Positions 1 through 12,885 of a DNA stretch of 64,000 bases are shown in pieces. This DNA is from Octopus vulgaris (Eukaryota). The translations under genes and the position numbers were made by a program. Within the stretch, counting starts at the first letter, position 1, and every line of letters starts with the position of its first letter. The stretch is from the NCBI GenBank assembly GCA_951406725.2, contig OX597835.1:26350001-26414000 (forward strand), in the 5' to 3' direction. The notes under the pieces were generated by a model, which was not told the origin of the DNA, did no database searches, and saw nothing but the letters and a program-made list of their open reading frames with translations.

Positions 1-600
1 GATGCGGTAAAGTCGTCCACCCGAATGAGGTGATTGTCTCCCTTGACCTGATGTTTGATGTTGTCGAACATTGCCATACAGAAGGAGAACATTGTTGATT
101 GGCAAGTTGGATCTTACACGTCGGATACTTGCTCTGAGCCTCGTCAGGGTCTCAATGTAGGCCTCAGAGTTTACGGTTTTGGCAAGCAATTTTGGCAAGC
201 AATCGACCAGAATGACACCTTGAACATCCCAAAAGACAATCGCCATGTTTTTTTTCAGTTGACTTTTTCAGTGGTGGTGACGTAGAGTGGCGCCATTTTA
301 TTGACTGATTCTTTGATTCCGGTTTATAATGATGAACCCATGTTTCATTACCTGTTACGAGCCTTCGAAAGGCATTTGTCATTTTGACTTTGTTCCAGAA
401 GTTCACTGCAGGCATTGACCATGTCAATCTTGCGTTTGGTAGTCAGCTCTCTCGGTACCCAACAGGCACACATTTTTGAAAAGCCAAGTGATTCGACAAT
501 GTTGGTAATTACACCTTTCAAGGTTTTCTGCCAACTCATCAAGAGTTATGCGCCTGTCTTCACTGATTAGAGCATCTGCTTTTGCTTTATTGTCAAATTT
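1..600 (-). mobile_element. Decayed mariner (Tc1/mariner DD34D) transposase fragment, runs off the window edge
   Basis: Minus-strand frames give ISEDRRITLDELAE (HTH), CACWVPRELT (WVPxEL linker), LVTGNETWVHHYKPESKNQSIKWRH (first catalytic D mutated to N), MAIVFWDVQGVILVD, TVNSEAYIETL and LLYGNVRQH (decayed HDNARPH). Frameshifts present, plus a 13-bp tandem duplication at 177-202. Confidence 0.92.
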
Positions 601-1086
601 GTGTGTATGTATGTGCATGTGTGTGCCTGTGTCTGTGTCTGTGTGTGCGTGCCGCAAGAGGCGAATTCCAGCAATATTACATACATATGGTAGCCGATAA
701 CAGTACACGAACTTTGGAATGTATGCTATACGTTTACTACCCTGATAATATTAAATAATATTGACTTCAATTCCACACGGGATAAAGTCGCTCTCATACA
801 CAAACAAAAGTACACACGCACTCACACACACATACACACACATGTGTGTGTGTTCACATCAATTTTTTCTGGTGTAAATCCGAGTTGAATAGCGTCCCTT
901 AATATCCGAAATATATAAAAGTAGTTGGACGAATAGATCTCGATTAAATAAGAAGGAGACGGATGTAAAGTTCTATTGTATTTAATGCCAGATGAATGAG
1001 GCGGTAGAATGGCCGGAGTGCAATGACCGACGTCGAAGACGAAGTAAAAGAAGAAATATCTGTTGGCTGTGATATATGAATAGGAC

Positions 1087-1147
<61 letters not shown>

Positions 1148-1330
1148 CACGGACAAAGAAAGACAGAGCCGGAAGGAGAAATATAATATGGCGGCTAGGT
1201 CATACGTTTTTATTGTATCATTTTAATTGCTTTCACGTACAATGTACTCCCATTGATGTCTATGACGATATAATAAAGTTGTCCCAGCGTATTGCTCGCC
1301 GTCGCATGTATATTTATATGAATGTATATA

Positions 1331-1489
<159 letters not shown>

Positions 1490-1794
1490 GTGTACATGAT
1501 TTAGTGTGTAATTATGGTATAAAAGTACTGAGGAGGTCTTGGATAATTATAATAATGGAAGATATAATAATCATACGTTCTTATACTAAAGGAGACACAC
1601 ACACACACATGTGTGTGTGCGTGCCCGAGCGCGCGTATGGTTCTGTGTGTGTGTGCGTGTAATCTCACGTGCATAGGAGTATGTCTATAAAAATGGTAAT
1701 ACGGCAGTGTCTTCTCTGACTAACTATTGAAAACGATTCCTCACGGAGTAGATCTTACAAACACCGGAGAGAAATATACATACATACATACATA

Positions 1795-1863
<69 letters not shown>

Positions 1864-2583
1864 GGATGTATATATATATATATGCAGATATATATATACA
1901 TATATATATATACATACACACACACATATATATACATGTCTGTATATGTGTAATATAAGGTGTCTTCAAGCAAAATACAATACTCTCCTATACACACATA
2001 TATATATACGTATGTATACACATACACACATGCAGACACATATACGCATAGACAAATATATATATGTGTGTATGTGTGTTTGTGTATGTGTGTCTGTGTG
2101 TGTATGTGTGTGTGTGTGTGTATGTATGTATATATGTATATAGTGAAGAAATTAACAGACTTAATGCGAAACACACAATAACTTTAATTAATCGAGACTT
2201 GTTCTTGTCAAGTCGAGGTAAACATCGGTGAACAATGCTTCTCTAATCAATCTCCAATAATTTATATTAATATTATTTCCACTGTGCTAACCATTTTTTA
2301 TTAACATTCGGTGTCATCGATTGGCAGAATCGTTAGAATGTCTGAAGGAAATAAGAGGAGATCGCTTCGACACGGTTTCGTTTCCAGGAGCCGAGCCGGA
2401 GCACAAATAAGTCTTCCTTCAACTGTCATTCGTTGTGCGGTCTCATTGTTCTGTGTGATTTTGAAGGGAATATGGAGAGTGAGAAAGAGTGGAAAACCAC
2501 TGGCGATAGTTGGAAAGGCAAGAAAAATAAATAGATATATATCTTAGGATGAGGTTCTATGCTACAAACTCTGGATGGTCTCG

Positions 2584-2880
2584 GACGGATCTTCAGTTAT
2601 GTTTCTCCGGTTTCTGGGGCTTTCGGTTCTTTCAACACCAGACCTCTTCGTTCTGTTGACCTAGTCGGAGTTGGTCAAGTCTCAGCTTGCGTCCCAGTAG
2701 CAGCAAGTCACTGGTTAGCCTCTTTATAGAAACCAACCTAGTGGCCTCCTCTGTAGCTTCAGTGATGGAATTTATAATCCTCCTCTTTGCTGCGTCAGTA
2801 ACTCAAAGCACACGACATCACTACAACTTACTTCTATAGCCTCCAAACGTGCCTGCCAGATGCGATTCCTGCATGGTCCT
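2584..2880 (-). mobile_element. 3' end of a Hero-like (R2 group, RLE) non-LTR retrotransposon, decayed
   Basis: Minus-strand translation CRNRIWQARLEAIEVSCS...VTDAAKRRIINSITEATEEATRLVSIKR resembles Hero C-termini (GWxARCEPIEVGCRG...AAKRRAI...EAAEKASRWLW, from memory). It is followed by a Hero-like 3' UTR (gctactgggacgcaagc...tgttgaaagaaccgaaa...actgaagat). Confidence 0.7.
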
Positions 2881-3096
2881 ACCATTTCCACCCGGACAAA
2901 TATGAAATGCGATGAGAATCCACCTCCAGTGTGACGAATTTAAATCTAAAAGAACAACTAAATATAAGATACCGAGAGAAGACGAAGCGGGTAGAAATGT
3001 ATGAAGGGAAGATCAGAGGAGTTCCGATTTGGTGGAGCGCTCAAATAAAACGCTACATGTTATAAAAAAAAAAAAAGTCAACAACTCTATGAATTA

Positions 3097-3336
3097 CAGC
3101 AAGCCCTCGAATATCGCGGGTGTCACGTGTCAAACCCTCCCCGCGATAGGTAGAAATCCAAGATGTAGAAACAGTACTGTACTGTATATATATATATTTT
3201 TTATTCTTATAATTTGTATATATTTATTTTATTATAAATGCAAAACAACACCATGAAGGAATCGACGTAAGTTGAGATAACAAACCGCCATAAGGGAATC
3301 GTGATAGGTGAACCGCGATATGGTGAGGCATCACTG
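3097..3336. mobile_element. 240-bp MITE of pogo/Tigger type
   Basis: Imperfect TIRs CAGCAAGCCCTCGAATATCGCGG and CCGCGATATGGTGAGGCATCACTG, with TA on both sides (3095-3096, 3337-3338). Confidence 0.75.
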
Positions 3337-3554
3337 TACTGCAACGCAATAATCGCAGAGAATTGGATATTTTTTAGGCAGTGCCTTGATCCATGTAGTT
3401 GCTTCAGTTTCAATACACGAACCTAGAGAAGTGAGAGAAAATTCTTAGGACTGGGAATTAGGTTTGTCTAGATCCCCGAGAGCTTAAGAATTGCTCTGCA
3501 CATCCTCAAAAGGTTGCCGACGAATCGCAGGATTGACTTTGCAGTTGTTGCATT

Positions 3555-3680
3555 TACAGCTGAGTGGACGAGTGCAATGGGAAATGGTGTGATTGGTTCA
3601 AAGACACAACTCTCTACTCGTTCCAGGAATCGAAACCATGAGTGCAACACCCTGGTCACAAGGCCGTCTTCCCGCCTAGA
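3555..3680 (-). mobile_element. Diverged tRNA-SINE fragment
   Basis: Minus strand reads ...gtttcgattcctgg...gttgtgtctttgaacc...gtccactcagctg, i.e. a B-box-like motif followed by SINE body. Confidence 0.5.
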
Positions 3681-3774
3681 TAACTGCATCTGCGTAATTA
3701 CAGTGTGACGTATATACCGGTTATTTTTTTTATTGCGTTTTCTTCGTAAATTTTCATTAGGTTAATTATGTAAC

Positions 3775-3905
3775 GTCCTAGGTATAGCTATGTGGTTAGC
3801 AAGGTCATTTTCAAACCACGTGATTTCGGGTGTCACTGCGCGCCTCGTGGGAAAGTGTCGTTTGCTATATCTCATAGTCGACCAATGCCTTGCGCGGAAG
3901 TCCGT
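3775..3905 (+). mobile_element. Old copy of the family-A SINE head
   Basis: Aligns by eye to 3940-4070 (gctatgtggttag...gtcgaccaatgccttg). Confidence 0.65.
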
Positions 3906-3932
3906 CAGTAAATATATATATATATATATATA

Positions 3933-4298
3933 GGCGCAGGAGTGGCTGTGTGGTAAGTAGCTTGCTAACCAACCACATGGTTCCGGGTTCAGTCCCACTG
4001 CGTGGCACCTTGGGCAAGTGTCTTCTGCTATAGCCCCGGGCCGACCAATGCCTTGTGAGTGGATTTGGTAGATGGAAACTGAAAGAAGCCTGTCGTATAT
4101 GTGTATATATATGTGTGTGTGTGTTTGTGTTTGTCCCCCTAGCATTGCTTGACAACCGATGCTGGTGTGCTTATGTCCCCGTTACTTGGCGGTTCGGCAA
4201 AGAGACCGATGGAATAAGTATACACATATGTGTACTAAAGGCGGTGCCCCAGCATGGCCGCAGTCAAATGACTGAAACAATTAAAAGAGTTAAAAGAG
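3933..4298 (+). mobile_element. tRNA-derived SINE, family A (octopus OK/OR-type), near full length
   Basis: GGCGCAGGAGTGGCTGTGTGG A-box-like head, GGTTCAGTCCC B-box-like motif, internal (TA)/(TG) microsatellite, and tail AAGGCGGTGCCCCAGCATGGCCGCAGTCAAATGACTGAAAC. More than 10 related copies occur in the window. Confidence 0.9.
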
Positions 4299-4325
4299 AT
4301 ATATATATATTTTATTATATATAAA

Positions 4326-4395
<70 letters not shown>

Positions 4396-4549
4396 TCTGG
4401 GTATTAATAGTTATCTGCAAGGTAATATTACAGTCCCGAAATAGGTTCGATTGTCACATATCTAGCTAGAAGCGATGGTGTCTTGGAGCTAATCAACGGC
4501 AGCATTCGTCCTATATTTCGGGACTGGCCTATTAGCTTGGCGATAACTA

Positions 4550-4592
<43 letters not shown>

Positions 4593-4631
4593 GTATGTAT
4601 ATGTATATATATGTATACGTATATATATATA

Positions 4632-4662
<31 letters not shown>

Positions 4663-4684
4663 CATACATACATACATACATACA

Positions 4685-4719
<35 letters not shown>

Positions 4720-4723
4720 TTTT

Positions 4724-5202
4724 TCATATGAAGTAAAAGCAGGTGAAGTGTAATGAATATTATTAACTGCATATACTAATGTATATGCTTTGTGTGTTTT
4801 CCGGAGGCTGCAATAGTGTATGGGAGCATGTATACTCGCATTGTCGCCAGTGTTAAAAGACCTTAGTCAAGGACAGGCGAGATAACTCACCTTCAATCCC
4901 ATTTGGGATTGTTGGACATCGATGTTTCGCCATTTTTGAGACTTGTCAGCATCACGTATCCGCCTGGGTTTTGAAAGCGTATCACTTTGTTAATCCACGA
5001 CTTATATGCTCATGTTTTCTACAACCACGAGCTGGTATTCCAGGAAAATTGCAAACCTAAAAGAAAATTTACATATGAAGTGAAGGCTGATCTAGTGTAA
5101 TAAATTTATTAAATACATATACGAATGTATATGCTTAACGAGTTTTTCGGAGGCTGCAATGGCATATCAGGGTATATAAATTCTCATTGTCATCGGTGTT
5201 CA
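4724..5202 (-). mobile_element. Penelope-like pseudo-LTR relic: two ~130-bp diverged direct repeats around a hammerhead motif
   Basis: 4724-4857 is similar to 5068-5202 (catatgaagt...gtatatgct...cggaggctgcaat...cattgtc...gtgtt). A hammerhead-like motif lies between them at 4911-4953 on the minus strand. Confidence 0.55.
4911..4953 (-). ncRNA. Degenerate type I hammerhead ribozyme
   Basis: GAUG-CUGACAA-GUC(UCAAAAAU)GGC-GAAA-CAUCGAU-GUC-CAAC. Stem III is palindromic (ACAUCGAUGU), the triplet is GUC, and core G8 is mutated to A. Confidence 0.6.
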
Positions 5203-5204
5203 TT

Positions 5205-5500
5205 ATTTCTAGACGAGACGACCACTGTGTCAGTTTGCTATTCCATCTATTGTCCCTTCTTCTAAATACATTCCCTGGGAAAGACCATTTCAGAGTTTTA
5301 ATCTTCCAGCTAATTTCCATTAAATCTGTTGCCAAGCTGATCCTGTGGTTTCTATACTTATCCATTTTGCTAATCTTCGGCATTCTCTTTTCCATGATCT
5401 TTTGCGTTGATCGTATTTTATTTTCAGAGTTCCTTTTGGAAGTCCATGTTTCTGATGCCTACGTAATGGTAAGCAGCACACTTGTTGTAGACATTTACCT
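5205..5500 (-). mobile_element. RTE-clade LINE ORF C-terminal fragment
   Basis: SETWT...QKIMEKRMPKISKMDKYRN...IKTLKWSFPGNVFRRRDNRWN resembles the RTE motif LKWxWAGHVxRRxDNRW. Confidence 0.75.
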
Positions 5501-5565
5501 ATAGAGACATATATATAAACTTATATATTTGTGTATGTATTTGTGTATAAATGTATATATATATT

Positions 5566-5602
<37 letters not shown>

Positions 5603-6200
5603 ATATATATATATATATATAGACATATATATAGAGAGACATATATATATATATGTATATGAGTGTGTGCGTGTGTGAGTGTGTGCGCATATGTGTGTGG
5701 TGTGTGTTTTTGTGTGTGTGTGTATGCATTTGTGTTTGCTTTCCGACGCTTTGTTACCAATGTTGGTTTGCTATGCTTTCGTAATCTAGAGAAAAGGGAA
5801 CGACATCATTAGTTGCAGACTTATTGTATAACATACATACATACATGCATACATATATATATATATATATATACATACATACATACATACATACATACAT
5901 ACATACATACATACATACATACATACATACATAAATACGTAGATGATATATATAAATGTATGTATGCATACATAAATCCGAGGTCACAATACAATGATAT
6001 ATGGGACCGACATCAGAAAACCAGAACATCTCCCTCATAGATCTTACAAAGCTTTATTGATCAAATTACTGCAAAATTAAGTAACCATAAATCAATCCTT
6101 ACACCACAATAATTATATTACATACATTAGCATACATACAGAGAAATGTTGTTGTATAGGGACATATATGAGATATATATATGCGTCTATTAATATATAC

Positions 6201-6233
<33 letters not shown>

Positions 6234-6356
6234 CGTATACACGTATATATATACATCAATACAATATATATATATATCGTATTTCTTCAGAAACTCACAT
6301 ATACGCAAACATCACACACATTCATAATAGAGCTCGGCTGTGTATATGTGCAAGCA

Positions 6357-6412
<56 letters not shown>

Positions 6413-6670
6413 TACATACATGCATACATACATACGTACATGAATATGTATATATACATACATCCCATCGTCTCATTTTGTAGGGTTGGTAATTGCTGAG
6501 ATTTCTTTGGGCTTAAAACCAGTGCCAGCTTTCTTAACCTACAAATGAAGAATATTTATCCACCAACGTCCTTACTCTTCGATATTAGCATATGTGTGCG
6601 CGCGTGTGTGTGTGGGGGTGTGTGTGCGTGTGTGAGTGTGAGTGTCCTCACACACACATATTAATAATTA

Positions 6671-7246
6671 AGGGTGATAGAAGTAGCACCAGCACGCTAA
6701 AAATAGCAGTCAGAAGAAGAATACAACCACAAATTTTCACTGATACAGAATAATTGAAATCGGGCGCTGATGAGATTTAAGTGGAATTTTCAAAAAAGTT
6801 TGGAATTGTGACAATTCGGGTATGTCTGGCTTTCGTTATTGAGTCGGGGTTAGAATTTCTGCTGAAAATTTATAGCTGTAGTCATCTTCAGACAATAATA
6901 TCGCTATATATATTTTTATAATTTATTATTCACTTCGATCAACTTTATTAATTTGCTGCGGCATTAAAAACGGACATCGCGCATTTTGTTGTGATGGGCA
7001 GTTTCTATGTCCCTCCGGTTAGTAAAACTTGCTCATGAGAACTAAGTGGCATTTTCACAAATTTGAAATCGTGACCATAAGGGTGTGTCTGACTGTTCAA
7101 TCTATTATTCTTTTCGTTAATGGTACGGGGGCTTAGAATTACTTCTCATTGCCCCGATGGCAATTAATGTATATCAGTGAAAATTTGTGACTGTAGTCGT
7201 CTTCTGGTTGCTATCTTTAGCATGCTGGGGCTACTTGTAGCACCTT
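6671..7246. mobile_element. ~575-bp TA-flanked MITE with ~100-bp imperfect TIRs
   Basis: 6671-6773 (agggtgatagaagtagcaccagcacgctaaaaatagc...) is the approximate reverse complement of 7145-7246. TA at 6669-6670 and 7247-7248. Internal direct repeats at 6779-6858 and 7044-7140. Confidence 0.72.
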
Positions 7247-7327
7247 TAATAAATAATTAATAATTTGTTACCTTATGGTAAGTTTTATGCATGCTATGTC
7301 ACTTGATATTAATATAAACAATAATAT

Positions 7328-7396
<69 letters not shown>

Positions 7397-7647
7397 CAAA
7401 CGGACTTCTTTTCAGCTTCCCACTCCTGAACCGAGTATCGTGTGATTGGGAAGCAAGCTTACCACATAGCCACGCCTATATACATTACACGGTACACACC
7501 TTCCTTCGAAGCACGGCTGTAAACAGCGGAAGTAAGCTTCAACAGCATACACACCAGAGTTCAAGGTGAATCTGTGCCAAGCGGCTTTATTCTGCGTGCT
7601 TTAGCCTCGGTACTATACCAACAATCCAACCTCGTACAAACAAGAAA

Positions 7648-7812
<165 letters not shown>

Positions 7813-7974
7813 ACACCATATGGTTGTACCTCCAACCGTGCTGTTTTACTGCTGTGATTTTTGCTACTAAGGTATCGGTTAAACTTTTGATTAATCTACT
7901 ACAAGATTATTCATCTTTCTATTTCACATTATATATATATATACATATATATGTATGCAATGTTCGGTCTTCAA

Positions 7975-8293
7975 TGTTTAGTCGAATGAATCAACTGCAG
8001 GACTTCGTTCCTAAGCCTGGTCTCTTTTTTCACGGGGTCGTAAACATGGAAACACCAATGGTCAAGCGATGGTAGTGGGGACAAACTCAAACACAAAGCC
8101 ACACACACATTTACATACATATATAAACGACAGGTTTCTTTCAGTTTTACGTCTACCAAATCCACTCACGAGGATTTGGTCGGCCCGAGGGTATAGTGGA
8201 AGATAGCTGCCTAAGAAGCCACCCAGTGGGATTGAACACGGAACCATTTGGTTGGGAAGCAAGCTTCTAGCCACACAGCCACTCCTGTGCCTA
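7975..8293 (-). mobile_element. Family-A SINE, diverged
   Basis: Reverse-complement similarity to 3933-4240. Confidence 0.82.
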
Positions 8294-8297
8294 TACA

Positions 8298-8344
<47 letters not shown>

Positions 8345-8347
8345 ATA

Positions 8348-8654
8348 TCACCGTGATCACCGTGACTGACCAGGCTATCAGATGTTGCTACACATCGCTG
8401 GTCACAATGCGTTTCGCATTGTTTTATCCTTCAAATGAGGCCACCCCGCTGGCTAAGCGAGCAGACCAACAGAAGAAAGAGTGAGAGAGAGTTGTGGCGA
8501 AAGTACAGCAAGGATCGCCACCACCGCCTGTCGGAGCCTCGTGGAGCTTTAGGTGTTTTCGTTCAATAAACACCCACAACACCCGGTCTGAGAATCGAAA
8601 CCGCGATCCTACAACCGCGAGTCCGCTGCTCTTACCACTGGGCCATTGCGCCTC
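8348..8654 (-). mobile_element. tRNA-derived SINE, family B
   Basis: Minus-strand head GAGGCGCAATGGCCCAGTGGTAAG (A box) ... GTTTCGATTC (B box). The 3' end terminates in short tandem repeats (cacggtgat)2. Confidence 0.82.
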
Positions 8655-8970
8655 TACCCCCCCCCATATATATGTATGTACGTATGTATGCATGTATGTA
8701 TGTATGTATGTATGTATGTATGTATGTATGTATACGCACTCCCACACACACGTTCGTATATATGTTTATGTGTATAGAAGTGTATATAAGATGGGACGTG
8801 ATATTTGCGACATATTTCCGTTTCTGCATTGATTCACACATTCAGAAAGATTAACATCTCTTGAAGTTGTGAGATAAATATTATTAAAGAAAGCATATTC
8901 ACTTGATGCATATCGATACCAATTTATGTTTCGATGCTTGCATGTTTCTATAGACGTATTTATGTATGTA

Positions 8971-9392
<422 letters not shown>

Positions 9393-9948
9393 GTATATAT
9401 ATACATGTTCGGATATATTATTCTGGTATGCTATATGCCATACACTAAAAGCTCTACATTGGCAGCTCTTCAAATATTTACACGCTGAACAAAAACGATT
9501 CACAATAAATATTAAGACATCTATCACATTATATAATATTTTGTTGTTGTTGCTGTTGTTTTTATTGGCTAATACCAAATATTTTTGTGAAGAGCTTTTT
9601 AACTAATCTTTAAACAAGAGTGATATACATATAACATATATATTTATATATGTGAGTGTATATATTTGTTTGTCAGTATAAATATGTACACTCACACATA
9701 CACACTCAGTATGTATATATATAAAACACACACACACACATACACACACACACATATATAAATGCAAATAAATAGACATAGATGCATATATCGATATATA
9801 CAAAATATTATATACTCATAATATACGTTCAAAGGACACATATTATATGTGCGTGCGTGTAATTCTATGTATGAATGTATACATTTATTAATGAGTGTAT
9901 ATCTATATGCATGCTACATATACTTGCCCGTATGTACCTCAATAAGTA

Positions 9949-9992
<44 letters not shown>

Positions 9993-10373
9993 GATATGTT
10001 AATATATATATATACAAATACATGCATACATTTATACGTATATATAAATACATACATACACATATATACATATATGTATGCATGTATGTATGCATATGCG
10101 CAAGTCTGTGTTCCGGTTTCACAGGCAAATTCTTAATCGGTTTCATATACTTGGCAGGGACAAGACCTTAGCGGCCTAATTGTTGACTGTCTATGTTTAA
10201 CCACCATGAGCATCTCCATCTTGGAAGGACTCCAAATTTTAACAACAACGTATTCGGCCGAAAACTATTGCAGAATATATTGGTTTAGCAAGAAGAATTT
10301 GGAAGGCATAATGGTAAAAATATCGATATTATCTGCTATATTAATTTCAAACGAATCTACGTATTAAGTTGTT

Positions 10374-10450
<77 letters not shown>

Positions 10451-10484
10451 TATTTATCTGAATGTGTGTGTGTGTTCTTTATCC

Positions 10485-10562
10485 CCTTATTCTTTTAACT
10501 GTTTCAGCCAATTTGACTGCAGGCGTGCTGGAGCACCGCCTTTAGTTGAACAAATAGTTACA
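10485..10562 (-). mobile_element. Family-A SINE 3' tail fragment
   Basis: ttttaactgtttcagccaatttgactgc...ggagcaccgcc is the reverse complement of the family-A tail. Confidence 0.7.
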
Positions 10563-10570
10563 AGGACTAG

Positions 10571-10928
<358 letters not shown>

Positions 10929-11448
10929 ATAACCTACTACGAAAGACTCAAGAGATTAAAACTCTATTCCTTGGAGCGTAGGCGAGAAAGATATGCCATA
11001 ATATACATCTGGAAGATCCTGTAAGGACTTGTCCCAAACTTTGGCATCGAGAGTTACACAAATGCCAGAACTGGGCGCCACTGCGTGGTGCCAAGGATTC
11101 CAAATTTGCCATCAAGATGTAGGACAAGATACTGTGATAGCCTGGGCTTCAGAGCCGACAGCTCTTCAATATCCTCCCGAAGAACCTGAGGGACCTGCAT
11201 GGGGTGGATACGGATGTCTTTAAAGTTGGACTGGATCTCTTCCTGTCAGGTGTCCCGGATGAACCAACTTCACGGCAGGAGGTGCAGATGAGGGCAGCTG
11301 CATCGAACTCTCTCATGCACCAAATGGCAGTTGCTAAAAAGCATTCGTGAAGTAAAATCATGTTGCAAAACCAAATGGCGGTGCCCCTGCATGGCCACGG
11401 CTCGTGAGCTGAAACTAGATAAAATAAAATAAAATAAAATAAAATAAA
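10929..11448 (+). mobile_element. 5'-truncated CR1-group LINE (ORF2 C-terminus, 3' UTR, (AAAAT)n tail)
   Basis: [34 protein letters not shown]...[13 protein letters not shown]...[16 protein letters not shown]...RAAASNSL. Stop at 11348-11350, then a short UTR with a stem-loop and the tail. Confidence 0.85.
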
Positions 11449-11464
11449 TATGTATATGTATATA

Positions 11465-11500
<36 letters not shown>

Positions 11501-11502
11501 AA

Positions 11503-11541
<39 letters not shown>

Positions 11542-11544
<3 letters not shown>

Positions 11545-11609
11545 TTTGATTTTGATTTTGATTTTTCCAGTTTCAGCTAATGAGCTGTGGCCATGCTGGG
11601 GCACCGCCA

Positions 11610-11610
<1 letters not shown>
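11542..11610 (-). mobile_element. Minimal 3'-end-only copy of the same CR1-group LINE family, with (AAAATC)n tail
   Basis: Minus strand ATGGCGGTGCCCCAGCATGGCCACAGCTCATTAGCTGAAACTGG(AAAATC)n matches 11375-11418. Confidence 0.8.
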
Positions 11611-11646
<36 letters not shown>

Positions 11647-11671
11647 ATGTATATGTATATATATATACGTA

Positions 11672-11713
<42 letters not shown>

Positions 11714-11749
11714 ATATATATATTTATATGTATATATATATAGATACAT

Positions 11750-11828
<79 letters not shown>

Positions 11829-11854
11829 CATATACATATATATATATATCGAAC

Positions 11855-12784
11855 TCGAGAGTTTAATGAGATACCTATCCCAAAGTAAGGGAATCTTGCT
11901 AGTGACAGGAACGTGGGAATATTGAGAGTGGAGAAAAAAGAGAAAACAAAGGAAGAAGTACAAAACGTACGTGAAGGATAATTACGCAGGAAGGGACTAC
12001 ACAATCAATTCCATGTAGCCACAACAGAAAATAATGGAAAAAATAGGTGGGATTAGGAGGACCAAGCTCTAACCAAGAACTGGAGAGTTACCCTTAGGAA
12101 TGAGCAAGTGTCTCCGCTGTGCTGCAGCTGAAATGGAGTGGATGAAACCATTGTCCATATCACGAACGAATTACCCTAGAGTCGCCCAAAACCACTACAT
12201 GTTGTGACGACACGACCAGGTAGCGAAAGTGTTATATTAGAAACAGTGCAAAATGTGGGTGTTAGAGAGAGAGGCAAGACGTTGTATGAGTACAAAGCGC
12301 AGAGAGTGGAATAGTCGGAGACTAGCAAAATCCTCTGGGATATCCCAATCCAAACAGATCAGATGCTAGAGCATAACAGACCGGACCTAGTTGTGGTGGA
12401 GAAGGTGCACCACATATGCTATGCAGTTGATGTTGCATGCCTCTTTGACCCACGAATAGTCAAGGAGGGAGGCGAAAAGATAGATACAACCGTCATAAGT
12501 ACGATATAGCCCGGCTATGGAGAACGAAGAAGGTGAAGATAGTTCCAAATATTGTTGAGTCATTGGGAACAGTATGAGAAGGCATCAAGAGGAATATAAA
12601 GGAAATTGGAATAGAGTGCCCTGTAGAAATCTTACAAAAGTGTTTCCTCCTTGGCACGGCCAGAATAATCAGGTAAGTACTACAGAGCTGAAAAGAACGT
12701 ATATCATGGTACCGTAGGATGCAGGTAGTAAGCCCGCTATGCGTGCAAGACTCCAGGAGCTCCAATAAAACTTGTGATAAAGAG

Positions 12785-12858
<74 letters not shown>

Positions 12859-12868
12859 CAACAATAAT
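11855..12868 (+). mobile_element. R4/Dong-like RLE non-LTR retrotransposon 3' fragment with (AAT)n tail
   Basis: Decayed CCHC knuckle (..ETIVHI..), RHDQVAK, KILWDIPIQTDQMLEHNRPDLVVVEK..YAVDVACLFD (PD..D endonuclease), LQKCFLLGTARII, then a 3' UTR and (AAT)n. Confidence 0.88.
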
Positions 12869-12885
12869 AATGTTGATGATGATGA

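Noticed and set aside
136-150. Minus-strand CTGACGAG
   Set aside because: Lies within mariner coding sequence and has no matching GAAA/stems.
8580-8654. tRNA gene
   Set aside because: The A/B boxes belong to a SINE head that continues into SINE body, and no complete cloverleaf is evident.
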